Part shown: in pieces, positions 26,101 to 39,300 of the stretch
How positions within the stretch are numbered: the first letter of the stretch is position 1
How the letters are laid out: the number at the start of each line of letters is the position of its first letter
Assembly: GCA_002633005.1 (NCBI GenBank)
Contig: NMRA01001000.1
Span: 9,590 to 73,589, forward strand
DNA from: Phoronis australis
Taxonomy: Eukaryota > Animalia > Phoronida
Direction: 5' to 3'
Length of the DNA: 64,000 nt
The notes under the pieces: model-generated
What the model was told of the DNA's origin: nothing
What the model saw: the letters and a program-made list of their open reading frames with translations, nothing else
Database searches by the model: none
Program-made: the position numbers and the translations under genes

Positions 26101-29100
26101 ACCAAATGAAACTGGCAACTCCAAAAGTGTTGCTGTGGCCCTGAGCAAGTTGGCTGTCATGTCCAAAGGGTAGTTATGCCATAGATCAACTCATGGGTCA
26201 ACCCTTTGAAAGTATTGAACGGATTATTTGTTACTATATAATATATGCTTGTTTGAAACTGAAATATTCATTCCAAAAAATAGCACATTTCTGCGTATCT
26301 CTTGCTTTGGTTATTAAATGCTTGCTTTAATGGAAATTTCATAGAATTTTTTAATCAAATATCTAATCAAGGAAACTGCAGCTTCAATGATAACAACTTA
26401 ATTGATTAAAAGTTACCTTTTTGATTTTTCTCTTGAGATTCATTACCCATGTTGCATACAACTTGAAAAGCTTGACTTATATGCTAGTCTATAGGCTGTA
26501 CAAGTCTGTATATATATTCAACCTCATGCAAAAGGTTAATATTTTAGGTACATGTATTCGGTACAATTTGATTTTTAGCATTATACCACTCTACCACTAG
26601 TTAAGTTATGCGACTGCTTTTTTAGGAAAGTTTAACAAAAGATCAATAACATGACCAAATTTTGTATTATGAAAATCCTATCACTATCAGTCATGCAAAA
26701 ATGGAACATTTTAAATACAATTCCTAACAGGGTTTTGGAGAACATTTTTTAAAGCAGTGAGTTCACTTCTGAGGTACGATGTTCCGTTGGCCAAATTTGG
26801 AGTGTTTCTATGGTTCTACACAACCTTAAAGATTTTTTTGTCTTGAAGTGTGAAATGGAGATGTATTTAACTAGTGAAAGTTTTGGCATGTGGTACTCTT
26901 TGCATTTATTGGGGTCGTATGTTTCATTGATAGGATGCTGTTTCCATAGCATTTTGGAATATGTTACATAGTGACGCTGTTAGAATTTTAGGGTAGGTTT
27001 CACTCGTGATACTTTTTAGCATTTTTAGCCTTGTTCGTCAATTCCTCCATTTATCTGCATAACCACAATAGACACTTTTTTACAGTATATCAAAGTTTGA
27101 CTGCTTTGCTACAGCAGGTGCCACTGAAGTGAATGGCACGTTACAGACCATCCTGATGCCGTGGGATAAAGAGTGTATGCCAAATCCTGTGAGTGATTCA
27201 CACATCAATTTAACATACAGATTTCAATGTTCAAGTGGTGTTGTTTCAACCTGCATGTCAGAACAGGTGTTTCTTATATATACATACCAACTACTATCAA
27301 CAATTTACCAATTTCAGGCAAGTCCTGGTAACATTCTCATTAAATGTCCGAGCAATGTGGTCTAGTGGACTGCCATTTTTATCAAAAAACTACTAACTTC
27401 CCTAATTCACTGATAGAAGCTAGGAATACTCACACAATGGTTGGAGCATAATCAGTTTGGGTAGATCCTAATGAAATAGTATTCAATCCTTGATTCTTGA
27501 AATTTTTGAGCTGTAGCAATTTTATGGCATATGTTTTGTACTAGGTAATACAAAAAATCTTAGCTGCAATAATGTAACACCTAACTACACAGCTGCAATA
27601 ATGTAACACCTAACTACACAGCTGCCGTAATATAATGCCTAAATAGTCAACTGCAATTTTGTAATTCTTTAATATACTCACCTGCAATACTGTAAAGTTT
27701 GTATACTCAGTTGCAATAACGTAACTCCTAAATACTTAGCTACAATATTGTAACACCTTTAGTAATCAACTGCAGTAATGTAACTCCTTCATACTTAGCA
27801 GCAATCACCTAAATACTCAACTGTTATACTGTAACACTTAAATACTCAACTGCAATACTGTAACTCCTACATGCAGTACTTAGCTGCAATCACCTAAATA
27901 CTCAACTGCTATACTGTAACACCTAAATACTCAACTGCAATACTGTAACTCCTACATGCAATACTTAGCAGCAATCACCTAAATACTCAACTGCTATACT
28001 GTAACACCTAAATACTCAACTGCAATACTGTAACTCCTACATGCAGTACTTAGCTGCAATCACCTAAATACTCATCTGCTATACTGTAACACATAAATAA
28101 TCAACTGCAATACTGTAACTCCCACATGCAGTACTTAGCTTCAATCGCCTAAATACTCATCTGTTATACTGTAACACTTAAATAATCAACTGCAATACTG
28201 TAACTCCTACATGCAATACTTAGCAGCAATCACCTAAATACTCAACTGCTATACTGTAACACCTAAATACTCAACTGCAATACTGTAACTCCCACATGCA
28301 GTACTTAGCAGCAATCACCTAAGTACTTAGCTGCAATACTGTAGCACCTAAATACTGTACTCAGCTGCAATACTGCAACACCTAAATACTCATCTGCAAT
28401 TATGTAACACTTAAATATTCAGCTCACAATAATGTAATACCAAAATACCTGTCACATTGAATAATTAGACAGACACTCAATCGCACCACAATAATGAAGT
28501 TGAACACAAGCACTAAAGACATGGTTGACATCTGGTGGGATAGTGAATTTCAATATGGCACAGCTATGTATTTCAAAAATCAGCTGTTCTGTTCAATTAT
28601 TCTATCTTGCATAAGGTGTGCAGTTATGCCTAGCATTCAAAAAGTTAAGACCTTGACTACTCATTCAATCATTTCAGTGAAACTACTGATAGAAAAAACA
28701 ACTTTCTCCCATTGTGAAATGAGAAAGGTATTCATAATGATTATGATGTATTACACAAAAGTGAACAAATTTTATCTTGTTTTAGTCGTCAGTAAATCAT
28801 ACAGCGAGGCAATGTTTAATATTTTTATGCCATGAAGGCCTGTTCAAAAATTTTATGTTATCCTGCTTTCATACAGACTGCAACTTATGATAACAAGGAA
28901 ATGCCAACTGCTTATGACAAATTCATTGGCTGTACAAAAAGCCATGTGAGACACCTTGTATGTCATATAGTGTACAGGTACCCGTGTGGAAAGACAATAT
29001 TTCACTTGAGGCACCTTTCTGTCATACATAGGGCTGCAGCAAAGGAGACACTATGTGATTTGAGGCACCTTGTATATCACACATATTTTATGAGTCATGA

Positions 29101-31406
29101 TTCCTGCTAAACTGTGTCCAACTCCATTCAATTGCAAGAATTCAAGTTATTGTACATGTTGTCGCTAAGGTTCTTTCACTGGCAATAGCTTGATATAACG
29201 TACTTTTATTTTGAGAACCAGTTTGATGCAGGCTATTCAGTGGAAAAAACTGGTTCTCAAAATTCGGGCACGTTATATCAGACCATTACCCATTCATTAA
29301 TAATGGTTGTTTCAGGAAGACCTGCAGAATCTCCTACATATCAACCCTGAGGTCATGCACCATGCTTCCATGAAAGGCTATTGGCAGTTTACTGGTGCTC
29401 TATTGCGTGGCACATTTGGAATGAGAAACCTCATTGGTCTTCCCACCGATGGTGATTATGATGATGATGAGGAAGAGGATGATGAGTAAGTATATGACCA
29501 CCAGGTGTCACTGAACAGTGTTTTGCTGTTTTGTGTAGTCAGAAGCCATCTTGAAGAGCAACACTGAACACTGAACACTGAGGTCATTCTTATATAATAA
29601 ACAATGAAATAAATAAATAGACAAATTATAGTAACTGTTTTCAAATTGGTCATCGTATTTCAACTTATTTTGTTAAAATTTGTCCTGTTACCTAAAAGCC
29701 ATTTCTTCTCTGGTAAAATCTCATCAATTGAGGACCGTAAAGCTTGCAATTAAAATTTTAATTTCACATTGTTGTAAAGGACATGTAACACAAAAGTAGT
29801 GCTTTTCTGTGTACAAGTTATTTACCATAGCTGACGGTGTTATATTTTTTGCGGGCATTCACATCAATGCTGGAAGACCTTGTGAAATATGAAAAAAGAA
29901 TGATGTAGGCAATTATTTGTGAGTTGTATTTTGAAAACACAACATACATTGCGTTAATGTCTTGTGCCGCTTTCTTTCATTTTAGTATTCTATTTTGTTA
30001 CTGTATATGCCAGTCTTTTTTAGAGTTGACACATAGATTTAAATCTGATAAACGTATTCAGGCAGTTCTCGGCTGACTGTCAGCTATGGGATTTTTCTAA
30101 AACCCACTTGACCCCTGACCCCCTTGACCCATGACCCCCTCGACCCACTACCTGGGGCAATAGAGGTGTTCTTGCGCTTTTACATATTTCATGATCTTAT
30201 TACGTCGCTGAGTGACGTGGTGGAACAGAGAGGTCAACGATCGTTGGCCTTCCAGATTTTTGCAAAAATAAATGCAAAAGAGAAGCACATTCATGTAAGA
30301 AAATCGAAGACTTATGAAAAAGCTCCGAACAAGTGTTGAAGTGTTGTCTGAGAAAAAATTATGAGTGTAATTCATTGAACGATGGACATTTCATCATGGT
30401 TCGTGTTTCATTGTCGCCAATTTTGTCTCTTTATTGTAATTATTCAGTGACAGGTATGGGACTCGTCAAAGTCATTTAATGTATTTTACTCCTTTTGAAA
30501 AATAATCTTGCACGGGCGGCGCACTATAGGAGGCTGGGGCCTACAGCCTCCTAATTATTTCAATGCTGCACAGCCCGTGTCTTGGGGCAATAAATTAGAA
30601 TTTTGAGTTGTTATGGCAGACGAACACATTAGTGTACTCTCTCGACTCTGCACAGCAGGTCTCGTGCAGACAGAGGGCGTGACAGCTTGCATGCCAACTT
30701 TCTCGGCCAGCTCGTAGTGACGGCAAGGAGTCCTTGGTGACGATCTGATGTGCCACGGTTCATGATTCCTGTCCATTGTCGGCGTTCCTGTGGTGCTGTT
30801 TTTGGTTTTTCGGAGGTCCGTTTGCCGTTTCTCAGAAAAGGTGCGTTGTTCCTAGTTCGATTATGTGCACCTTGTTTATGGTGCATTTGAAACGTGTGGC
30901 TGTATGCTGCTAGTTGAGTCAGTTTGTGGCAGCTGTACAGACACAGCAAAGCTGAGTCGATAACCTGATGGAGCCAAACCCGGCTTTGGGTTGCGGGGGT
31001 TGTGGGTCGAGGGGGTCGTGGGTCGAGGGGCTTGTAGATCATGGGGGTCGGGGGTCGAAGGGTGTGGAGGTCGAGGGTGTTTGAGAACTATCCTCAGTTA
31101 TGATCTTTTTAAAGTGTACATTAGTTGAAATGTGCTTCTTTATAATCATGCAGAAATGAAGAGGGGGAGGAGTGTAGCAGAGATGACGCAGGTGATGATG
31201 AGCAGGCTTTACACAAGGTGCCGTCAAAAAAGACGAGTCTGAAAAAAGAAATGCGGTACTTCCAGCAGTGGTTATCAAAGATCTTAAGAACATCAAACAC
31301 GTATTTTATTGGCGGTGATCTGATGAATCCTGTGATATATTTCCACCTAACCAAGCTGTCGCCTGGTATTATAGGGGGAATCATTAGTGGGTTGACTTTC
31401 ACTTAA
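23109..31406 (+). CDS. F-box protein with NuiA-like C-terminal domain, paralogue 1 (5 exons, 308 aa)
   Basis: Exons 23109-23121 (MAST), 25782-26169, 27086-27188, 29316-29485, 31154-31406. All introns GT-AG, phases 1/2/0/2 join into one open frame of 927 nt. F-box SINDLPDFIQEKVFLNLHIKDVLVCTQVCSQWKDAIENNVFW; ends SPGIIGGIISGLTFT*. F-box call is strong; the NuiA label is tentative. Confidence 0.88.
24316..25153. mobile_element. Non-autonomous Mutator-like element with cccctcgaccca subterminal repeats (intron 1 of paralogue 1)
   Basis: Left end ggattgtacccc..cccctcgaccca arrays, right end gggtcgtg..ggggttttagaacaatc; same architecture as 30089-31093; TSD degenerate. Confidence 0.55.
27560..28450. 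repeat. Intronic minisatellite (~29-bp monomer, 85-bp higher-order unit)
   Basis: cacctaaatactcaactgcaatactgtaa variants; higher-order starts at 27806, 27891, 27976, 28061, 28146, 28231, 28316 (85-bp period). Confidence 0.9.
29179..29292. repeat. Short inverted repeat / tiny MITE just upstream of exon 4
   Basis: tgatataacgtacttttattttgagaaccagttt (29191-29224) pairs with aaactggttctcaaaattcgggcacgttatatca (29247-29280). Confidence 0.7.
30089..31093. mobile_element. Non-autonomous Mutator-like (MULE) element, ~1.0 kb, 9-bp TSD
   Basis: Termini ggatttttctaaaaccc / gggtgtttgagaactatcc; TSD tcagctatg (30080-30088) / tcagttatg (31094-31102); subterminal cccctcgaccca repeats. Paralogous introns are ~1 kb shorter (623 and 631 bp versus 1668 bp). 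Confidence 0.8.
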
Positions 31407-32102
31407 ACGAGAAACAAATACCCTCGACATGGTAGTATTTCAATATCAGAAACATACTCATCAGTACTAGTATAGCTTGTCCACACGGTGGAGTTATATA
31501 GGCAGGTGTTCCTGTGGCGGGGAACATCACTTATAAATTGCATGGTTTTGGTTGACGTATTCTGAATGAAGAGCATCAATATAACCAGTTTTGGCTACAT
31601 GCCACTTATAGCCAGTAAAGCTGGCTAGTCTTGTTTTAAAATGTTCTCGAAAACATCGTGTTTTAAAGAACGAATTATGGGTCTTATCTATAAAAATGTG
31701 GCTTCTTATTAAAAAACATTTATCTGTAGGATTCATTGGGTAAGGTTATGCTAGTATCTCAATAGGTGGAGCAACTGGACTGGTGAGCATCACTTTGTAG
31801 CCAAAACTGACGTGTATTGTACTGACATCATCTGCTCATGTAACAACGTATGTCAAAAATATGGCATAATTTTGTAATATCAGGCAATGCCATGTAACCA
31901 TTTCTGATCATCATCATAACTGGGCTTTGTTTCTTTTGCTTCCCTTACTTGTAAGTCGTCTCTTTGCTCAGCTATTTTTTCATCAAACTCGCGATGTTGT
32001 TTGGTGAGCGTAGTGGTGGCCTAGCCACCTGTGTATGGATTGGGGGGAGTGTAGTGGTGGCCTAGTCACATGTGTATGGATTGGGGGGAGTGTTGCCATA
32101 AG

Positions 32103-32173
32103 CATGGGTAGCGCAGCACTGAAAAAATTGGGGGGCTATTGCTCCCTCAGCCTCCTAGGAGGTGCCACCTATG
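32103..32173. mobile_element. 71-bp MITE, 5-bp TSD
   Basis: catgggtagcgca..ggtgccacctatg flanked by ataag/ataag; the paralogous 3' region at ~42485 (gccataagtgagg) is the empty site. Confidence 0.75.
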
Positions 32174-33781
32174 ATAAGTGTGGATAATTTTATTCGTCTA
32201 GATTGACCAGGGTGGCGTGCAATAGGTTCATGTACATGACACAATGTGTGCTAAAATTTTGTGGTACTGAATTCATTACATATCTCAAGGAGTGAGCTTT
32301 CTTCTAGCAATAAGTAAATTTTCAGTCATTTGTTGATATACTGAATTTTTTTCAACAGTTACTTATTATGATAATTTTGTAATTTTGTTATCTTTGTAGA
32401 TCACCAAATTTTCCATTTAAAGTAAAGTGCTTTGCAATGACAACAACTCAGTTTTTATTAAAAAACAAAAACGTATTTTTCAAATTTTGTGTTCTGCCTT
32501 TTTAACGTTAATTATTGCAATGTTTTTGTGGTACTCATAATGGTTGTCTTGACTTGCCATTATCCTGTGATGACAGGAGCCCTGTTCTCCATCTTGCTCG
32601 ATAGTTTTCAAGGGCCTACAATTAGTACTGAGATGCAGAGGGGAGGGGGCACGTGAGTGCATTAAATACATGTACATACCACCCACTGCTTCTGGCAAGG
32701 GCGCAGTGGGATTAGGAGAGTGTGTGGGTGTTGTCAGAAACATTTTGTAAATCAGCCTTCTACTCGAAGATGGGAAAGCAACACATGTATGGAGAATATA
32801 GATTACAAACCTCTGCACAACTCTACCTATTTTCCTCCAGATTCCGACACCGATACTTTAAGTCCGCATTTGATAAAACAGGTTCAAGGTAGGAACTCGG
32901 AAGTTGTGAGTTCAAACTTTTGATATTTCAAATGAGCTAAAAATGTGTCCCCTTTTTATATGGAACTGGCTCACTATCGAATTTGTTGGCAAATGACAAC
33001 ACACCTGCAAATCTTTCACACGAGCGATTGTGGAGCACTTTTTTCAAATGAAACCTTTGAACTTCTATTCAGGATGATGATAAATATCCACTGTTTTGAT
33101 TCAAGATTTTTCGTCCCTTCTTTATTAATACAGTTTTAACACTTTACAGTGCATCAAATCCACATCTATCAAGTATCACTTGGAAACCTGTGAGCAGTTA
33201 GGATTTGCATCAACTGACTTGGATTGTAAAGAGTGAAGTTTAATTACTCGAATCCTTCAGCCTCACAGTGTTTTGGATTTTTGTTTATCATGGTTGTCTA
33301 TTCTAGTTTTAGGAGAAACATCTTTATGGTACACAGTCGCTATGGAAACAGTTATGCATGTCCACTTTCATACTTAACTGATTTTGGCCCTGTTTGCATC
33401 GATGAATCAGTGTTTTCATGCACATTCCACGTTACTTATTGTGCTAAAATGTTGATAGGATCAAGGTGGCTCACATGTTGAGATCACTTAGGAACACACA
33501 GCTACCGTAAGCTTGAAACGCACGCGTCCAAAAGATGGCATCTTTATTTCTTATGACGTTATGACTCAAGTGACACAGTTAGTTTTAAAGTGGAATCAAT
33601 CAGTTGAATAGCATCGTGTACAAATGACAATGCTCCAATTGAAATGACTTGATATGTTTTATAGAACGATTGTCAAGTAATAAGAATCCTAAAACTATCA
33701 CTTGTGGGGCAGCACAGGTTAGAATAATTCGAAAATAGGCTTAATTTGACATCGTTTCTTGATTAAAGCAATCTAGTTATA

Positions 33782-34186
33782 NNNNNNNNNNNNNNNNNNN
33801 NNNNNNNNNNNNNNNNNNNNNNNNNNNNNNNNNNNNNNNNNNNNNNNNNNNNNNNNNNNNNNNNNNNNNNNNNNNNNNNNNNNNNNNNNNNNNNNNNNNN
33901 NNNNNNNNNNNNNNNNNNNNNNNNNNNNNNNNNNNNNNNNNNNNNNNNNNNNNNNNNNNNNNNNNNNNNNNNNNNNNNNNNNNNNNNNNNNNNNNNNNNN
34001 NNNNNNNNNNNNNNNNNNNNNNNNNNNNNNNNNNNNNNNNNNNNNNNNNNNNNNNNNNNNNNNNNNNNNNNNNNNNNNNNNNNNNNNNNNNNNNNNNNNN
34101 NNNNNNNNNNNNNNNNNNNNNNNNNNNNNNNNNNNNNNNNNNNNNNNNNNNNNNNNNNNNNNNNNNNNNNNNNNNNNNNNNNNNNN
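33782..34186. other. Assembly gap (405 N)
   Basis: Run of N. Confidence 1.
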
Positions 34187-35205
34187 ACCCCCCCCCCCCC
34201 GGCGCCCCCATCCTTAGCCCTGGAGATCATTCCCAGTGGCATGCTCAACCCTAGGCCAATATAGTCTTATAGCGGCCAAATTTCTTTTCTGGGCGTCCCG
34301 GCGACCAGGGTTTGTGAGGTGTCGAGCAGACGAAGAAAAATAGGACAACCGGACAAAAGGGGGATGCTGCTGTAGTTAAAATTGCCCAAAAATCGCCCAA
34401 TGAAAAGTGCCAGCGCAATGCCATCACATACGGCTTCTGAAGTGTCATTGAAATCCTGTCATTTTGGTGGTTCTCTCAAGTTGATCGGAAACGCTCTTCC
34501 TGTCATCTAAAAGTACTGAAAATCTTATCAATACTTTGAATAGGCCAGCGCACACGGTTGTGCACGGTACGTGTCGAATCCGTCTGAAAATTGATTGTTG
34601 GTGTCGCAAGATCGTCAAACAACTTAGTCTTGTGTCAAGTTTCATTGTAATGCGGTCATCATATGATCTTTAGCTCTGGATATCACCGGAGCGGCTCTAT
34701 CCCAAAAAAAAAAAAACAACACCGACTAAGCCCTGGCCGTGTTGGAGCTGAGGGCGAGGAAAAAGAGCCGAAAGAACTGAGATCACTAATTTGCAACGCT
34801 CTGTATAGTATCTGACCAGAGCTGTTTGAGCGGGAAATCCGAACTATAAAGGAACTGAACAGCATGACAACCAGAAGTCATGATGCAGGTTTAACGCTCT
34901 TTTATCAGTTCCACCCCGGCGGTGAGCTTTCCGAAGCCCAAAGTCGCCTGGAAACAGGTCTGTGCGTCAGCTCATTGGAATTGTACACGCACCTTACACC
35001 AGTCACGAGTGAGCATACGGTCTAAAGTAGCTAGATCAGTGCATTTCTCAAGAAAGACATTGCGTCGGCATTGATGTCGTTCCCCACGACCAATACCCTA
35101 TTTTACAACTTTTACAATCATATTGCATGTCGCACTCAATGTGCGAATCGATGGAGTCCTGTCACCCCCCGCATCTTCACCCGCCGGGCTACCGACGTCA
35201 ATTCA

Positions 35206-35458
35206 CATGCGCGCACCCATCCTTATTAATATAGTGGGGGGAGGGCTCGAATCTCTGAAAAAATGGACCTTTTGCTAACAAAAAAGCGGGAGGACTAAAA
35301 AAGAACGGGGTATCACATTCAGGTCTTAGTGAACTGTGCGTCTGTGCCTCTTTGGTGGTTTATGTCGCGTTTTCTCAGACCGTGCCTTTTTGTTTCTCTG
35401 AGGAGGACCCGAGGGAGGATCGTTCACCCCCCTCCCCCCGGCCCTGGGTGCGCACATG
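35206..35458. mobile_element. MITE (CATGCGCGCACCC TIR), 5-bp TSD
   Basis: catgcgcgcaccc / gggtgcgcacatg; TSD attca at 35201-35205 and 35459-35463; related pieces at ~14123-14266, ~43490-43621 and ~48340-48470. Confidence 0.8.
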
Positions 35459-36385
35459 ATTCAGTGGAATATTCCAGGATAATGCTAGGCCCTCTCCTCT
35501 TAACGATAAAATCTGAACAAAGTGTTCATTTCACATTTCCATTGAGATCTATCAACGCAGACTATCACACGAACTTGCGCTTTGCCGGCCGTCACTCTCG
35601 GCGCCGAAAGGGAAAAACGATTCCTCATAAAATCATGCACAAACATAACATCTCGGTAGAAAAGCTCACGCACACTCACACCTCACTGTCGTGAACTTGT
35701 ACAAAACTTACGAAAGCTAATTAATCCCACTCCTGGATTACTATGATATAGTACCAAAGGCACTCAGGCCTCGGCATCTCAGCCAGTCCACGCTGAGCCG
35801 GTCACACTTAGATCTTGGATATAGTCTCAATTGGAAGAAACTCATCCGTCGTCTTTACACATTCATTTATACTTTTACAGTCTTAAACAACAAAAACTAT
35901 TATTCGAATATCTGACTCTTGTAATATTTTGCCACGCCCACTGCAGGTCATCCGCTCCACTCAGTGCTGAGCGCGGCTTTTACGTTTTTCGCAATCATGA
36001 TAAACATTATAATAAAGCACAAAATCGGGAAAGTGAAGAAATCACCATACGCATAACTCCCCTATGTAAGTGAGCCCTATGGACGTGTGACAACACGAAG
36101 GAAACCGTTATGACAGTCTCGAGTCCAGCTAATTGTTTGGCGTGGAGGATTGGAGCCGTCCGGCCGGCGTGCCTTGTTGCAGAGAAGGTCCAAGCTTTTA
36201 AAATCAACCGCCAGGTAGCGGAGCATGTAAACCGGAACTGAAAAGAGCCGATCAAGCAACAAAATAAGAAGTTCAACCTGAAGATAAAGACAATTAACCC
36301 CGGGCCTGCAGAGTTTTTGTTGAAGAGGACGAAATAACTGCCCTCCGGACCTGCAGATATTAATTATCGGCCGTCTCACCTGCCA

Positions 36386-39300
36386 ATGGCCAATACAGGT
36401 AGTTCTGGGCACAGACGACACGTCCTGACCTTAGCCTTGTTATACTAAATTATTTAGTCTAAATACAGCTGTATTTTGACGGTAGTCTTAGCAGAAAAAA
36501 ATCAGCTAGCTGGCTGGCTAAAGCGTCCTCAGCTTCTGATCGTCCCCATATAGACACTAATAGACAGTGCACTGGGGACGATCAGAAGCTGCAGAACGCC
36601 TGTGGTTCTGGGTATTGCGAGATGGAAGTTTCAATATTCAGATTATTCATCAGGATACACTCGACGTCTCGACGATACCCATCCCTTACCGGGACGTGCG
36701 TTCAGTAACGCTAGGACCTAGCTAAAATCTAGACAAAGTCACACGTTCTCATTTACACGGCAATATCTCACGTAATTTCGCAAAGTCTTGGTTTTTAGCG
36801 AGGTCCTAGCGTTACTGAATGGGAGGCGGTACTGCATTAGAAATATGCTTGTTTCATGGCACGTTTGTCAGTAGATTTGTACAAGTCCCACCAAACAATG
36901 AAACATGAAAATTGATATTGAGTTCTATTGCGTTTGGGTGGAGTAAATAAATATTACTGCATTAACGATGACTTCCGCAGCCATGTGAGCACCTTAGATA
37001 TATACATGTCCAAATTTGGCCGTTCCAAACATCCATCGTATCTGAGAAATGGGTTCATATGAAACTTTCATACACTATGCACTGTTTTCAAAAAGCTGTA
37101 AGGAATTATTTTTATGGTCCCTGACCTTTACATGAGGGGCTATCAAAAGTAGGACTTTTATGAAAGAAAAGTACGAAACTGCATAAAACGAAGACAAAAT
37201 GTTAAGTTAGAGAAGCGTACTAACACCATTTTAGTATCCTTAGATAATTTCCCTGATGTGCTGTACAGTAGTATACACAATGTAAGCCAGGACATCCTAA
37301 TGCATGAATTCTCGATGTCCTCTACATGGAAATTGTTTTATTTTTTTCAGTTTCCATCAATGGTTTGCCAGATTTTATTCAAGAAAGAATTTTCCTCAAT
37401 CTTCACATCAAAGATGTATTCATATGTACTCAAGTCTGCTCTAAATGGAAAGATATCATTGAAAAGAACGTGTTTTGGAAGAGATTCATTGGACGATGGT
37501 TTGATATCACTGCTTCAGACCAGCTGCTGAGTCAGAGTGTTTTAAATGACTGGAAAAACCCAGAGGCATTCTTTCCGTACTTTACTGATGAGGGCGCTCC
37601 AAACTGCTGGGTGTTCAAACCGTATCCTGTGGTCTGGGGTTGTGGTGTCGCAGCCCCAAGGGACTTCTCACCAAATGAAACTGGCAACTCCAAAAACATT
37701 GCTGTGGCCCTGAGCAAGTTGACTGTCATGTCCAAAGGGTAGTTACATGTATTTCATTGGTCAACTATTGTGTATCAAACCAGTGTTCTCTAAGACACTT
37801 TTTAACTGGTTGCCACGACCCGTTCGATTTTATCTCTGTCCTGTTTAAATAGCATGCGACACAATTTGAACATAAAGGTATAATTTTTCTGTATTTGTAA
37901 TATAACATGCATGTACTGCTCACTGTCTAAATGTTCAAAGTGCTTGTAAACGCATCTGTTTGAATTTTTTAGTGTGGAGAACACTGAAAATATCTGTGTG
38001 TTAATCCTTTGGAATTATGGGACGGACTATTTATTAGAATTCATGCTAGTTTGAAACGGGTATTCATTCTTAAAAGGTGCACATTTCTGCTGTTCTCTTG
38101 CTTGGCCTCCTTGACTTTGGAAATTACATGTTTGCCTTTATGAAAATGTCATTGGATTTATTAAACAAATGTGTAATCATGAAAACTCCAGCTTCTGTGA
38201 TAGCACCCTACACGTAAGCGCTTAAAAGGTATCTTTTTGACTTTTCTCTTGAGGAGATTAGTTACACATGATACTAATGTACATCTTGAAAACCTTGACA
38301 ATGTACTTAAGTTGACTATGTGTTGTTTCAGTTGATGTTTTTGTCTTGAAATTTGAAATGAAGGTGTATCCAACCAGTGAAACTTTGGGATATGACACTG
38401 TTAGCATTATGGGATGTGACACTGTTAGCCTTATGGGATATGACACTATTAGCACATAGGGGTCGTATGCTTCATTAGTAAAGCATAATTGTCAGCATTT
38501 TGGGCAGATTTCATTAATATGATACCATTAATACTATGGGGATTTTTTCATTGATATTGTTGGCATCATGGTGCTGTTAGCATTTTGGGTATTTTTCATA
38601 ATACTTGGCTATGTTTTATTCATACTTTTAGAATATCTTCCTTGTTCATCTGTTTATCCATTTCTCTGCATAATCACTTAGATCTTCTTTTACAGTATTT
38701 CAAAGTTTGACTGCTTTGCTACAGCAGGTGCCACTGAAGCAGATGGTATTTTACAGACAATCCTGATGCCTTGGGATAAACAGTATATGCCTACACCTGT
38801 GAGTGATTCGTACATGTATAAATTAAACATCCGGATTTGGATGTTTCAACTTGCATGTCAGAATTAGTATTTCCCAGTTCTGGGAACGTCAGTAAGTGTT
38901 CTTTAAAACCAGAGCAACATCAACGCTGACTGCCAGTTGTAACAAAAAATCCAAATACCCCCATTCTATTGACTGAGACTATGACTACTCACAAATTTGA
39001 GTTCTTATGAGGGTTGAAACATAATCAGTTTGGAGTCCTGAATAGAATGGTATTCAATTTGCCTATTCTTGGAATTTTTGAGCAGTTAGAAATTCGTAGC
39101 AAAGATTTTTTGTTTTCCTCATTCAGTGTGCAAACGTGTAGTAGTTAATAAAAAAATCTCAGCTGCAAGAGTGCAACACCTAAATAATTAGCTGCATTAA
39201 TGCAAAACCTAATTTTTTATACTCAGCTGCAGTAGTGCAATACCTAAATACTCAGCTGCAGTTATGCAACACCTAATACTCAGCTGCAATAATGAAACCT

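Noticed and set aside
25963-26166. Minus-strand ORFs MDMTANLLRAT.. (also 37532-37735, 52156-52359)
   Set aside because: Antisense shadows of F-box exon 2; recurrence is explained by the duplication.
29307-29489. Exon 4 ORF as the true gene end (..DDE*)
   Set aside because: The TAA lies in a consensus GA|gtaagt donor whose phase matches the conserved downstream exon 5 in all copies.
31121-31402. Minus-strand ORFs MK(V/I)NPLMIPPIIPGDS.. (also 41541, 45857, 54600)
   Set aside because: Antisense to exon 5, whose plus-strand frame is supported by splice phase and conservation.
33763-34248. Long ORFs across the gap
   Set aside because: Artefacts of translating N.
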